Shown: positions 41,134 to 50,556, counted from the stretch's first letter. The stretch is 64,000 bases of DNA from a virus (IMGVR_UViG_3300028603_000022:64001-128000); one strand, 5' to 3'. Notes: generated by a model not told the origin, from the letters alone. Program-made: numbers and translations.

Positions 41134-41307
41134 TACAAATCTCTAATATTTGAGCAAACTACTAAACGATTGGGTTTATCAGGTATTGAAGACTTTAAAG
41201 ATTCGCACATCTCTACAGGAAACCGGCCGACTATGTTGATATTAATTTTGTCGGCCGGTGTTAATGGAAACGTTATTATTATAAGATATGCTAATAGCAT
41301 AATTACC

Positions 41308-41565
41308 TCATTTAGGAACGAACCTCCGCTTAATCTTTTGAAAGATAGAGGTATTAGGACGAGCCTCCGCGACTTCTCTAGGAAGAAACTTACCTGTAAC
41401 GGCGTCCCTATGAACAAAACGTGTTCTTCCAGCCTTGGACTTCGACGCCTCTACAGATATAAGTTTCAGAATCTTATCTGTAACAGTAGTAGGATTGGTA
41501 TAGGTTCCATTACCATACGCACGGATAAGATTATCGATTTCAATCTTCAACTTCGAGCGTGCCAT
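41308..41565 (-). CDS. Hypothetical protein
   Basis: RDAVTGKF..EA..RP.T motif of a small-protein family; start taken at MARS. Confidence 0.5.
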   Translation of the reverse strand: MARSKLKIEIDNLIRAYGNGTYTNPTTVTDKILKLISVEASKSKAGRTRFVHRDAVTGKFLPREVAEARPNTSIFQKIKRRFVPK

Positions 41566-41768
41566 GTTATTTTCCTTTCCAGTCTTTAACAAAGAATTAG
41601 TGTTGGTTAACCGGCTGGTATGTACACTGGAATTTTGTAATTAGTGTACGCATAGTCTACTGCTTCATCTAGGGTTGCAAACCACACACCCACATTTTCA
41701 TAAGACACCAACCACATATAGATTGGGAAGCCTACGTGTTCTATCCTGGCTTTCTTCATTTACTTCTC

Positions 41769-41993
41769 CTATTTCCTAACTTTGACTATTCCGTAACCAA
41801 CCGTAGGGTTGAACCCTTGCAGAATAGCAAGATGAGTTTCAGCCAAATTCTTATCCGAATATTTCATTTCGTCAATGCCGCATTCTCTTGCGGAAAATGT
41901 TCCGCCTACAGAAGCTATTTCCGGCGCATACCCTTCTGGAAAGAATTGATCCGCGTACTTAACAATTATATACATATATTCAACGTCGGTCAT
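41769..41993 (-). CDS. Hypothetical protein
   Basis: AGGAG RBS. Confidence 0.55.
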   Translation of the reverse strand: MTDVEYMYIIVKYADQFFPEGYAPEIASVGGTFSARECGIDEMKYSDKNLAETHLAILQGFNPTVGYGIVKVRK

Positions 41994-42064
41994 AAGAAAT
42001 CTCCTTGAAATTTGTGATTGTGTGAAGGCTTGATCTATAAGTGTTTCATATGTTCTTCCCTATT

Positions 42065-42526
42065 TTACGGTTGTTTCTGATAAGCCTCTCGTCCGAAAGA
42101 CATTTCAACCTGTTTAGCAATATTTTTACGGGTTACTTTATCTAAAGACTTCCACCAATCACACCATTCTTTTGGTTTGGTGTGTAATGAAACTCTGAAA
42201 TCCATATATTCAAAATCTGTAGCGTACATTTTGATGAACAGAGTATGGTCAAATCCTTTGAATAAGCCATGATATCTGGCTTCTACAAAATCAACTTCTA
42301 ACGCTTCTTCTTTGAAGAAGCGTTCTAGAGATTTAGCAGTTTCATTCACATACTCGCGAATAAATTCCGCGGTCTCAAAAAGTAACTGGTTCTCGTAGTC
42401 CGTAGCTAGACTCCTACCAGTTTTGATCCAATGTTTATACCATTCAGGTAAATTTTTGGAAATAGCGCCGCCATTCCAAGTTCTTTCGGCTTCTTCGTTA
42501 ATAGAATCAACCAGAATCTTAGACAT
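42065..42526 (-). CDS. Hypothetical protein
   Basis: AGGAG RBS; operon packing. Confidence 0.55.
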   Translation of the reverse strand: MSKILVDSINEEAERTWNGGAISKNLPEWYKHWIKTGRSLATDYENQLLFETAEFIREYVNETAKSLERFFKEEALEVDFVEARYHGLFKGFDHTLFIKMYATDFEYMDFRVSLHTKPKEWCDWWKSLDKVTRKNIAKQVEMSFGREAYQKQP

Positions 42527-42535
42527 TGATTTCTC

Positions 42536-42772
42536 CTATCGTTCAAAAGAATCAAGTTCTATCCATCCATTTTCTTCTAGTTCTTTTCTAGAATAGCGGA
42601 AACCTCTTTTCCCATCTTCCCCCAACATTGTCAAAGAGTTGGAATTATTTTCTTCAAACTCTTTTATAGAGACTTCACGGGTTTTATAAGGAATATGGCT
42701 CCCGTTTTCTTCTTTTGAAGAAATTTTTGTGTATTCCTGTCCCATCACTATGATTTTAGTCATCATGTTCAT
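42536..42772 (-). CDS. Hypothetical protein
   Basis: Operon packing. Confidence 0.5.
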   Translation of the reverse strand: MNMMTKIIVMGQEYTKISSKEENGSHIPYKTREVSIKEFEENNSNSLTMLGEDGKRGFRYSRKELEENGWIELDSFER

Positions 42773-43403
42773 CCTCTATAGATACGTCCATGTAGCTTAG
42801 TTCTCCTAGACACACAAACGTGGTTCCCCGCTCTTCTATAGTCATTGTTTTATGCCAATGCCCGAACACCCATAATTCAGGTTGATGGAAATAAAACATA
42901 GATTCCAAAGCCCATCTGGTTACGCTAGGTTTTTGATGTTTCGCCTTATCATGTCCCATTATCTTATCAGCGATAGATGACGGACAATCGTGTGTAACCA
43001 CGATTCTAGGTTTCAACTCTACGTATTTGTCTACTATAGCGTAGAGTTCCTTGGTTGAACATTCTTCGTCAGCCCACCAATTTACACCTTCCTCACGTCG
43101 ATGTTTGTCTACAGACAACGCCCCTCCAACGTAGAAAACACCGTCTATAAAAGACCCATCTGGAATCCAATATGGATGTTTCCGACAGCTTTCAGGGTTA
43201 TCATGATTACCACGAATGAAGTAGTGCTTTCCCTTTGACATAGCGTCAAAGGGTGGGTTAGCCAGAGGAAAGAGGTCTTCACCAATACGCTGTTTGAAAC
43301 CTATCCCCATATCACCTACTTGGACACTGTAGTCTACGTCACGAATACGCTTCCTATAGGCTTTGAATTTTCCATGAACGTCTCCGATGAAGCGTATTTT
43401 CAT
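42756..43403 (-). CDS. Calcineurin-like metallophosphoesterase
   Basis: GDVHG, VGDMG, RGNHD, THDCP, FGHWH. Confidence 0.92.
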   Translation of the reverse strand: MKIRFIGDVHGKFKAYRKRIRDVDYSVQVGDMGIGFKQRIGEDLFPLANPPFDAMSKGKHYFIRGNHDNPESCRKHPYWIPDGSFIDGVFYVGGALSVDKHRREEGVNWWADEECSTKELYAIVDKYVELKPRIVVTHDCPSSIADKIMGHDKAKHQKPSVTRWALESMFYFHQPELWVFGHWHKTMTIEERGTTFVCLGELSYMDVSIEDEHDD

Positions 43404-43412
43404 TTCGTTCTC

Positions 43413-43649
43413 CTATATGTATCCAAGATTCCTAGCTACGATAGCCGGATGAATACCCTGCAACGTAGACATGGAATGCTTCTCAATACGGCATGAATAC
43501 CCAGCTTTTTCAATGTCACGCTTAACTACATGGGCCACATACTCACCGTAGTATCCGAATACACCGTATCCAAGCTCGGGATGGGCTGTAATAACCCTAT
43601 GTGTGGCCATAGGATCGTTGATAGGTAGAGAACAATGTTTCGTAACCAT
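43413..43649 (-). CDS. Hypothetical protein
   Basis: GGAGG RBS before MVTKH. Confidence 0.5.
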   Translation of the reverse strand: MVTKHCSLPINDPMATHRVITAHPELGYGVFGYYGEYVAHVVKRDIEKAGYSCRIEKHSMSTLQGIHPAIVARNLGYI

Positions 43650-43659
43650 GTATATCCTC

Positions 43660-44046
43660 CTACGTCCAGAAAACACGTTTAAGCTTGAAACCTGTTATTG
43701 CATCCATACAACCACGACACGGTTTGGCTGTACCTATCTTGTTTGTATTGGTTACTCGCAAATTGTACAACTCGCACTGTTTCAAAATGTCTGGTCCCCA
43801 TAGATTGAGAACCTTTATCAAAGCGTCAATTTCCGAATGGATGAAAATCTTCTTATCGGAAACGTAATCGAAATTCAGCATCATTGGGTGTGTTTTCAGT
43901 TTGTTAACCCCTATGGAAAGAATCTTGTTTTTATTAACAATTGCCGTGGCGTGTCTGGAAGTCTTCACCAACGTTTTCTGTGAACACGCCACTGCAAACA
44001 GTTTGTTCATCACATTGTCATTCGACGTTTTCCAGTTTGAAGTCAT
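43660..44046 (-). CDS. Cytidine/dCMP deaminase-like protein
   Basis: HATAIV..SIGVN..HSEIDAL..KPCRGC zinc motif. Confidence 0.85.
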   Translation of the reverse strand: MTSNWKTSNDNVMNKLFAVACSQKTLVKTSRHATAIVNKNKILSIGVNKLKTHPMMLNFDYVSDKKIFIHSEIDALIKVLNLWGPDILKQCELYNLRVTNTNKIGTAKPCRGCMDAITGFKLKRVFWT

Positions 44047-44053
44047 ATCGTAT

Positions 44054-44302
44054 TCACGGCCGATTAGGATCGGCTTCGGTGTTGAAATACGTAACTCCAT
44101 GAGGGAATACGCCGAGGATCAAATCACCGTTAGCGAGTCTAAACCATTTCCATCCAGAACGCCCATTATCTCCAATGTCCTGATCGAGAACCATTATTGC
44201 TACGTCGAGGTCAGCCTCGGCAACAGTGGCGAGCAGCATCGGGGTTTCCAACGTTTCTCCAGTTTCAATGTCTTCCGTTTGGAAAATCTGCTCCACGTTC
44301 AT
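44054..44302 (-). CDS. Hypothetical protein
   Basis: AAGGA RBS. Confidence 0.55.
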   Translation of the reverse strand: MNVEQIFQTEDIETGETLETPMLLATVAEADLDVAIMVLDQDIGDNGRSGWKWFRLANGDLILGVFPHGVTYFNTEADPNRP

Positions 44303-44327
44303 TTCCTTTCAAGTTCCAGAAACGACA

Positions 44328-44355
44328 AGAAGGCGGGAAACGTTTCCCGCCTTCT
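44328..44355 (-). terminator. Intrinsic terminator after basic protein gene
   Basis: agaaggcgggaaacgtttcccgccttct perfect inverted repeat. Confidence 0.65.
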
Positions 44356-44374
44356 GCCATTGGTTGAATTGGTG

Positions 44375-44887
44375 TTACTGGATCGCGGTGACGACCGGCG
44401 CCTTGTTGTTGAACTTGACCATAAACGTCGATCCCGAACGTTCGATCTTGGCGGTCCCGGTGGAACGGACGGACAAAACGTCGAGGCCGTTCTTTTTCAG
44501 GAGACGGGAAACCGAAGACTTGATCTTGTCGGCGTCATCGGTACGACCCTTCAACCTGATGATGGCGGCGTGGGCCTTTTCCGCGCGGCGGAGAACCGCC
44601 CTTTCCACCTTGTCCGAGTTCGCGGCGGCCTTCACCTTGCGCGCCACGCGCTTCGACTTCTCGGTCTTCTCCGACTTTTCCGACTTGGTGGAAGCCTTCG
44701 AGACCGGACGCCCCTTCATCAGCGACGTGAGATTCTTCCGAACCTGATCGACGATGGCGTCGCGGGTATCTTCGGACGGGTTGTCCATGAACGCGCGCAT
44801 CCGGCCGTCCGACAGCGACTTGGTGACGGCGCCCATGATCTTGGTGTGCGGGGCGGCCTTACGGGTGGTCTTCGACTTGGTGGTCAT
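44375..44887 (-). CDS. Basic K/A/S/R-rich putative nucleic-acid-binding protein
   Basis: GC-rich codons; own promoter, AAGGA RBS and terminator. Confidence 0.7.
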   Translation of the reverse strand: MTTKSKTTRKAAPHTKIMGAVTKSLSDGRMRAFMDNPSEDTRDAIVDQVRKNLTSLMKGRPVSKASTKSEKSEKTEKSKRVARKVKAAANSDKVERAVLRRAEKAHAAIIRLKGRTDDADKIKSSVSRLLKKNGLDVLSVRSTGTAKIERSGSTFMVKFNNKAPVVTAIQ

Positions 44888-44931
44888 GGTGTAGTCCTTT
44901 CGTTTGGGTTTATGTGAATCTCTATGATTCC

Positions 44932-44960
44932 AATATACGATATGAGGAAAGGGAAGTCAA
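44932..44960 (-). promoter_or_regulatory. Sigma70-type promoter
   Basis: TTGACT-17 nt-TATATT on - strand. Confidence 0.7.
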
Positions 44961-45025
44961 GCCTTTTTATGAAAAAATCTGCATTTTTTGACTCCCCCTT
45001 ATGACCCCAAAAGGCTCCATGTTTT

Positions 45026-45415
45026 TCAAACGTTTTTCAGACCCCTCATTATGACCCCGTATGGACGCACCTCAACAAGGGACATTGTGAGGGCTTCCTC
45101 AAACGTGACTCGTCCCTCGTTCTTTTTGTCATCCAGACAATCCAGCTCTTTGGATAAAAACACGTCGATGATCTTTTCATAAGCGTAAACAGTGAATGCG
45201 CCTTTATCAGATATGTTCATAGCCATTCGATAATGTTTCACCAATTTCCGAAGAGCGGTTTTATTGACTACGATATCTATATCCTTACACTCTTTTACAT
45301 TGTGAGAAGTAACCGCGCTTCCCACAAGAATCGCATCCTCTTTCACCAAGGACAGAACCTTAGCTACAGAAGGGAACAGTTTCTTTTCAGACTTTTCCTT
45401 AGGCATAGTAGTCAA
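45026..45415 (-). CDS. Minimal nucleotidyltransferase-fold protein
   Basis: ILVGSA..KDIDIVV..IIDVF (GS, DxD, third D). Confidence 0.6.
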   Translation of the reverse strand: MTTMPKEKSEKKLFPSVAKVLSLVKEDAILVGSAVTSHNVKECKDIDIVVNKTALRKLVKHYRMAMNISDKGAFTVYAYEKIIDVFLSKELDCLDDKKNEGRVTFEEALTMSLVEVRPYGVIMRGLKNV

Positions 45416-45427
45416 TCCTGTTGAGTA

Positions 45428-45676
45428 TCACCAGTCCAATAAGAGAACACTGGCTAGAGGAATCCACGATATTAGCATGATAACCAATGTTACGGTTGTC
45501 AGCTTGTTCGCAAATTTAGACGTGTACGTCTTACGATAAACCCCGTCGGAATCCTCAGCCATTCGATGATTGTCCGTGACGTAGTTTATCATAGTAGTCA
45601 CTCCCCAAAACACGCAGGACCATCCGAAAGCCTTCCCTGCAAGAAGCGGGAATACGTAGAACAAAAGAATACCCAT
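45428..45676 (-). CDS. Small membrane protein
   Basis: Two hydrophobic segments; AGGATGAATAAGATG leader. Confidence 0.5.
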   Translation of the reverse strand: MGILLFYVFPLLAGKAFGWSCVFWGVTTMINYVTDNHRMAEDSDGVYRKTYTSKFANKLTTVTLVIMLISWIPLASVLLLDW

Positions 45677-45702
45677 CTTATTCATCCTTTCAACGATTTA
45701 TA

Positions 45703-46041
45703 CTAGTAGACTGTATCGACTGTATGCTCACAGTCTTCCACTTCAAACCAGCTACAGGAAGGACTGGACCGTTCAATGTCGATACAACGTAGGTACGCTT
45801 CTTCCACGTCAAACGTGTATATACCGGAATGACGTTGGTTCATACTATTTATTTCCGCCATTCCGAATTGATATCCACCCGCTGTAGGCATGATACGGAT
45901 TTCAAAGATCGGTTTGATATGATTATCGAAAGAGCTGACCCTTCCGAAAATGAGCTTTATAGCTCCAAGGGTTTTCAGTCGTTCGATGAATCCTTTTTCA
46001 TCGTTGGTGGAAAGTTCCAAATTTCCAATATTGGCGAACAT
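45703..46041 (-). CDS. Hypothetical protein
   Basis: GAGGT RBS. Confidence 0.5.
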   Translation of the reverse strand: MFANIGNLELSTNDEKGFIERLKTLGAIKLIFGRVSSFDNHIKPIFEIRIMPTAGGYQFGMAEINSMNQRHSGIYTFDVEEAYLRCIDIERSSPSCSWFEVEDCEHTVDTVY

Positions 46042-46107
46042 TTGTTTACCTCTTTTTATTTATTGATGTCAGGAAAGGGGGATTGGTTTGATGTACAGCC
46101 AGGTTTC

Positions 46108-46440
46108 CTAATGCAAAACGATTGGTGTTTTGAATAGCTCGTCCATCCATTGCTGTATGATTTCATGTTCAACCAAACCCTGAAACCCAAACGTGATCGG
46201 CCATTGCGTTTCATATCTGTTTCTCGGATATCGATCTCGCCGGATCCCGAAATTCCGCTTCATATAAGACAGGAAAGGTTCAACTCTATAAACAGGAGCC
46301 TCTCCGATATAGTCTCCATTATGGGATATAAATTCATATCTCCCGTTATTGTAGAAACCCACACCGGCTAAGCACAGCTTGTAGATTGCCATGTGTTCAG
46401 GTGAAACAGCGATCTTCTCAACGTTTAGACGGATGGTCAT
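46108..46440 (-). CDS. Hypothetical protein
   Basis: GAGGA RBS before MTIRL; the longer listed ORF overlaps the next gene. Confidence 0.5.
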   Translation of the reverse strand: MTIRLNVEKIAVSPEHMAIYKLCLAGVGFYNNGRYEFISHNGDYIGEAPVYRVEPFLSYMKRNFGIRRDRYPRNRYETQWPITFGFQGLVEHEIIQQWMDELFKTPIVLH

Positions 46441-46478
46441 CTTAATCCTCATTTGGTTCTGTTGGTAGACAATGACTG

Positions 46479-46772
46479 TTAAATCACAGCCTTTATGTGG
46501 TTCCTGTAGTCGGACAGAATTTTGTGGATCATTTCTGCCTGCTTTTTGTCTGCGAAGTAGTAGGCGGTTCGGTGGTTGTTCTTTTTGACGATGAACGGCC
46601 ACGTCGTGTTGGTGTACGGAATTTCATCCCCACCTAAATCACCATACCTATCATAAAAGACTTCTGTTTTTAGATAGAGAGCGTCTTTCGACTTTTTAAC
46701 CGGGTAGACCCTGTAGCTAAGGCCGACCAAATTGTATTGAAAGAAATAGAGGGTATTAGGAAGTTCGGCCAT
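46479..46772 (-). CDS. Hypothetical protein
   Basis: AGGAG RBS before MAELP. Confidence 0.5.
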   Translation of the reverse strand: MAELPNTLYFFQYNLVGLSYRVYPVKKSKDALYLKTEVFYDRYGDLGGDEIPYTNTTWPFIVKKNNHRTAYYFADKKQAEMIHKILSDYRNHIKAVI

Positions 46773-46776
46773 TATA

Positions 46777-47148
46777 TTAGCTCCTAGGCAAATCACGTTC
46801 TAGAATGTCTTCCAGAACTACTTTGGACATTTTCAGGTCTTCGATCATCTGGCCTTGTGGAAACAAGGGTTCAACCATTTGAATGAGCCGTTCCATGACT
46901 TCCTTTCTGTATGCCAGACGTTCTCTTATTTTGGTATAAGTTTTCTTATCGATAATAATACCATCAGCGATATCTTCGTCCAGCTCGGTGTATGAAAACT
47001 TGACTTCGATAACGTCTCCCATGTCATTCCAGTCAACGCTCTCAAGCGTCAATGGTTCATCATCGATTACGAATGATAGATCAGCCGTATGACCATGAGC
47101 CTCTTTAACGCGATTCGTAAGAGTCTTGATGAATTTATTGGCGTCCAT
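46777..47148 (-). CDS. Hypothetical protein, first gene of leftward unit
   Basis: AAGGA RBS. Confidence 0.55.
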   Translation of the reverse strand: MDANKFIKTLTNRVKEAHGHTADLSFVIDDEPLTLESVDWNDMGDVIEVKFSYTELDEDIADGIIIDKKTYTKIRERLAYRKEVMERLIQMVEPLFPQGQMIEDLKMSKVVLEDILERDLPRS

Positions 47149-47312
47149 GATATTTTCCTTTCACAACGTTTGGGAAGGGTGGACTTGACAGTCCACCTAA
47201 CCGAAGCGTTGCTTAGTAAAAGAACTACTGCTCCCGTGGGAAACCTTTTGGAGGGCGGCTTTTACACCACCAACGTTTGAAGGTTTCGCACACGTCCCTG
47301 TGGGGACGAATC

Positions 47313-47341
47313 ATCATAACATGATTCGGGGGGATTGTCAA
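47313..47341 (-). promoter_or_regulatory. Sigma70 promoter, leftward
   Basis: TTGACA-17 nt-TATGAT with TG extended -10. Confidence 0.8.
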
Positions 47342-47348
47342 ATGGACC

Positions 47349-47545
47349 GGGTTGCGGGAAACCCTTGCGAATTGTTCAAACGTCGAAAATCGTGAGAAAC
47401 CGTTGGGAGAACGTTCTGTAAACGTTTGAACATATCCACCGCCAACCCCTGATTTTGATGGGGTTGACACGGACCCCGAATCAGTGTAAAATGTGTGTGA
47501 TCCCAATGGGTTGGGGAACCTTGACGGATTGTTCAAACGTTTGAA
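47349..47545. repeat. Imperfect ~38 nt direct repeat pair and AACGTT palindromes
   Basis: gggttgcgggaaacccttgcgaattgttcaaacgtcgaa (47349-47387) vs gggttggggaaccttgacggattgttcaaacgtttgaa (47508-47545). Confidence 0.7.
47464..47492 (+). promoter_or_regulatory. Sigma70 promoter, rightward
   Basis: TTGACA-17 nt-TAAAAT. Confidence 0.8.
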
Positions 47546-47572
47546 TCCCCTAATTGAAAGGACTCTCTCAAC

Positions 47573-48460
47573 ATGGCACGTATTTCCAACCGTGATCGCG
47601 TTCTCGATATCGTGGACAGCATGTCCAAGAAGCTTCAGGGCGAAGTCGCGAACCTTCTCGAATCCATCATCGATCTCCAGGCGTCGGAAGACCTTTCCGA
47701 TCTGGAAGACGCAACTGCGTCGTCTTCGCGTCGGAACAAAGCCGACAAGAAGTCGAAGAAGAAGGTGAAGGACGAAAAGCCGGCCAAGCGCGGCCGGAAG
47801 AAGAAGGATGAAGACGACGAGGATGAGGCGCCGAAGAAGCGCAAGTCGAAGAAGTCGAAGCCCGAACCTTTTGACGGCACGCCGACCCTCGATGACTGTT
47901 ACGACTTCCTTTCGGAATTTGAAGGGGAGCCAGTCGAGGGCGGCATTCGCGAACTGAAACCGGAAGTCAAGAAGCTGGGCGGTGATCCCGACCTTCTGAC
48001 CGAAGGTATCGAGTCCCGTTCTGAACGTTCGGAAGAACTCGGTATGTTCATCGCCGCCAACAACGCTCTCGCAGCGAAGCTGAAGCTGCACGATGCGGAA
48101 GACGTTGGTGAACTCGCCGAAGAACTCGGTATCGACGTGGACAAGGTGAAGACCAAGGGCAAGCAGATCGCCGCCATTCTGGTCGCGCTGAACTCCGATG
48201 AAGAGCCGGACGACGACGAGGAAGACGAAGACGACGAGGACGAAATCGAGGAAGAAGACGACGAGGACGAGGAAGAAGACGAGGCGCCGAAGAAGCGCAA
48301 GTCGAAGAAGTCCAAGTCCAAGAAGGAAAAGTCTTCCAAGGGCAAGAAGCGTCGTTCCAAGAAGGACGAGGAAGACGAGGAAGACGAGGAAGACGAGGAA
48401 GACGAGGAAGATGACGACGATGGCCTCGACGATATCGACGATATCGACGACCTCGACTAA
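47573..48460 (+). CDS. Low-complexity protein with alternating Lys-rich and Asp/Glu-rich blocks
   Basis: GC-rich codons; own promoter, RBS and terminator; gacgaggaa tandem repeats; duplicated EAPKKRKSKKSK. Confidence 0.8.
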   Translation: MARISNRDRVLDIVDSMSKKLQGEVANLLESIIDLQASEDLSDLEDATASSSRRNKADKKSKKKVKDEKPAKRGRKKKDEDDEDEAPKKRKSKKSKPEPFDGTPTLDDCYDFLSEFEGEPVEGGIRELKPEVKKLGGDPDLLTEGIESRSERSEELGMFIAANNALAAKLKLHDAEDVGELAEELGIDVDKVKTKGKQIAAILVALNSDEEPDDDEEDEDDEDEIEEEDDEDEEEDEAPKKRKSKKSKSKKEKSSKGKKRRSKKDEEDEEDEEDEEDEEDDDDGLDDIDDIDDLD

Positions 48461-48477
48461 TCTTCGATAACTGAAAC

Positions 48478-48507
48478 GAGAAGCGGGGTCTAATCCACCC
48501 CGCTTCT
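48478..48507 (+). terminator. Stem-loop / terminator
   Basis: gagaagcgggg...ccccgcttctc. Confidence 0.6.
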
Positions 48508-48525
48508 CAACTATCGGCGGTTACG

Positions 48526-48693
48526 ATGAAACGTTTTCAGAAAATGATTGACGAGGCGGTATCGGATATGCAGCGCGAAAACAGTGAAATCGCTCTGCAA
48601 GCAGCAATTGAATTGATGTTATCAGACTTTTCAACCTACGACGTTGTAACCAAGTTACGTGCATGGGCTGATTACCTAGATGAACGTAGGTAG
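48526..48693 (+). CDS. Hypothetical protein (55 aa, below ORF-track cutoff)
   Basis: MKRFQKMIDEAV..YLDERR fills the gap. Confidence 0.45.
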   Translation: MKRFQKMIDEAVSDMQRENSEIALQAAIELMLSDFSTYDVVTKLRAWADYLDERR

Positions 48694-48703
48694 GAGAATA
48701 ACA

Positions 48704-48892
48704 ATGGAACGACCGAAAGAGCTGGATGTACCTCATTGGGCTGGCTCGATGGTGGATAACTATCGTCGCAGTCTCAACCTTCCTCAACGTGTAACAGATC
48801 GTATGATCTACGCGCGACTGGAAGAATGTCGAGGAATGCAACTGGAAGACATTGAAGAAGCGGTAAAAGATCTTATTGAAGAAACCGCCTAA
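48704..48892 (+). CDS. Hypothetical protein
   Basis: AGGAG RBS before MERPK. Confidence 0.55.
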   Translation: MERPKELDVPHWAGSMVDNYRRSLNLPQRVTDRMIYARLEECRGMQLEDIEEAVKDLIEETA

Positions 48893-48919
48893 TTAAAGCG
48901 AAAATAAAGGAACAGAACC

Positions 48920-49126
48920 ATGACCAAATACGTGATTGAAAAGCACCTTCGTGAAGGTTCCTACGTTTACGCGGATGGTGGCGCTGATTGTGTTGGCAAA
49001 GGTTTCAGGTGTGTCAACAAAGACGAGAAGGGCTTCTATGTCGATTGCGAGGAAGGTAAACATTACCTCGCTCCCGACGTTCCGAATGGAGAAATTATCG
49101 GTTTCTCCATCAATCCTCTTACCTAG
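48920..49126 (+). CDS. Hypothetical protein
   Basis: AAGGA RBS. Confidence 0.55.
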   Translation: MTKYVIEKHLREGSYVYADGGADCVGKGFRCVNKDEKGFYVDCEEGKHYLAPDVPNGEIIGFSINPLT

Positions 49127-49204
49127 GCAGTCAATCTAGGAGTTACTGATTTGTAATCAAGAAGCTGTAAACCGTAAATTAATAATGATGAAAGGATGAC
49201 TAAG

Positions 49205-49396
49205 ATGAGCAGGATTTCGATCACCGCCAAACGAGTGAAGGAAACCAAGGGGGCGTATCAGTATTCGGAAACGGATGAAGACGGAAACGTGATTGAGGAT
49301 TTCCGTGATACCAAGATCGGCTCCTTCTACATTCGGAAAGACGCTCTGGACGGAAAGAAAGGGCCGAAGGAAGTCACGTTGATCGTGAAATGGTAG
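49205..49396 (+). CDS. Small hypothetical protein
   Basis: KETKGAYQYSE..IGSFYIRK; AGGATGACTAAGATG leader. Confidence 0.6.
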   Translation: MSRISITAKRVKETKGAYQYSETDEDGNVIEDFRDTKIGSFYIRKDALDGKKGPKEVTLIVKW

Positions 49397-49491
49397 TTCT
49401 AATTCCGTGAAAAGGATAAACACCATGAAGCGCTACAGACATTGGATTTATGGGTTCTTTTTAAGCAGCAATCAGGCTGCGGAGAAGAACC

Positions 49492-49776
49492 ATGAGCAGA
49501 ACCAACCGTTTCATTCCTTTTTGGGCGCGTAATGATTATACCAATTGGGAATTGACCAGACTTGGAATTGATGAGAACTACGTAGCAGGTAAAGACCCTC
49601 GGGATGCGTTGAAGAATGGTTATGACGGTGTGAGTCAATCGTATTACTATAACGGGTTTCCCACTAAGGGATGGCGTGAGAATTATCAACGTAAGACCAG
49701 AATGTTTTTCAAACGGAAATACCACAAACAGTTCAGGCAGCAACAGAAGCAGGAAATAAGGGGTGGGGAGGACTAG
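49492..49776 (+). CDS. Small basic protein
   Basis: MSRTNR start, Arg/Lys-rich; GGAG RBS. Confidence 0.55.
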   Translation: MSRTNRFIPFWARNDYTNWELTRLGIDENYVAGKDPRDALKNGYDGVSQSYYYNGFPTKGWRENYQRKTRMFFKRKYHKQFRQQQKQEIRGGED

Positions 49777-49817
49777 TCCTCCCGCTTCCTTCCTTAGATG
49801 AACAAAGGATCAAGACG

Positions 49818-50462
49818 ATGAATAGATTTTTCGCGGCTACCATGTTCTTCTTTATCGGTTCAACAGTTTCATATTCCGCCACATCTACTCAAGCGGTGGA
49901 GGTTTTCGACTGGACTATCGCGAAAGTAATTCAAAATTATAACAAAGCAACCGCCTGTGTCATGTTCAAAGGACTTGAACAAAGGGCTGCGTTCATGTTC
50001 CATTATAAGTTAGAACATGACTCTATAGAAATATCCTTACACAAAGAAACATGGGATATACCGCCTGGTGCTCGGACTTCCATATACATGTACTTTGGCA
50101 ATGAAACTCCATGGAGTTTAGAAGTTTCTCCGGCGGGTCCTACAGGACTCATATATAGGCTTTCGTCAAACGGTAAAGACTATGTAGATGCGGGCCTTTT
50201 TATTCACGAACTTAGAACTACCCATAAACTACGTATCCAGTTTGGTGGGTCCGAGCCTGATTGGGAAATGTCATTGATGAACAGTGACACAGCCTTCATG
50301 GAATTTCAAAGATGCGCAAGAGAAATAAAAGGTCAACATACACAGCCTTTCAATTCTATCCCGCCGAAACTTCCTGAAAATACTCAACCATTCAACGATA
50401 TGGAACACCGCATTCCTTTGTCACCTGTTTTACCTAGACCGGGAGAACCAAGGAAGTTTTGA
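49818..50462 (+). CDS. Secreted protein with signal peptide
   Basis: Signal peptide, two Cys, TQPFN repeats. Confidence 0.6.
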   Translation: MNRFFAATMFFFIGSTVSYSATSTQAVEVFDWTIAKVIQNYNKATACVMFKGLEQRAAFMFHYKLEHDSIEISLHKETWDIPPGARTSIYMYFGNETPWSLEVSPAGPTGLIYRLSSNGKDYVDAGLFIHELRTTHKLRIQFGGSEPDWEMSLMNSDTAFMEFQRCAREIKGQHTQPFNSIPPKLPENTQPFNDMEHRIPLSPVLPRPGEPRKF

Positions 50463-50468
50463 CCTTGT

Positions 50469-50497
50469 TTGACAGTCCCTGTCCCATGTGATATAAT
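50469..50497 (+). promoter_or_regulatory. Consensus sigma70 promoter overlapped by an inverted repeat
   Basis: TTGACA-17 nt-TATAAT. Confidence 0.85.
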
Positions 50498-50556
50498 GGG
50501 ACAGGGGACATACCCGACCATGAAGCTGATGATGTTCAAACGTTAGGATGACTAAG

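Noticed and set aside
43901-48470. Long alternative ORFs 43901..44917, 44226..44747, 47225..48091, 47899..48360, 48198..48470
   Set aside because: Shadows of GC-rich, low-complexity genes that have their own promoter, RBS and terminator.
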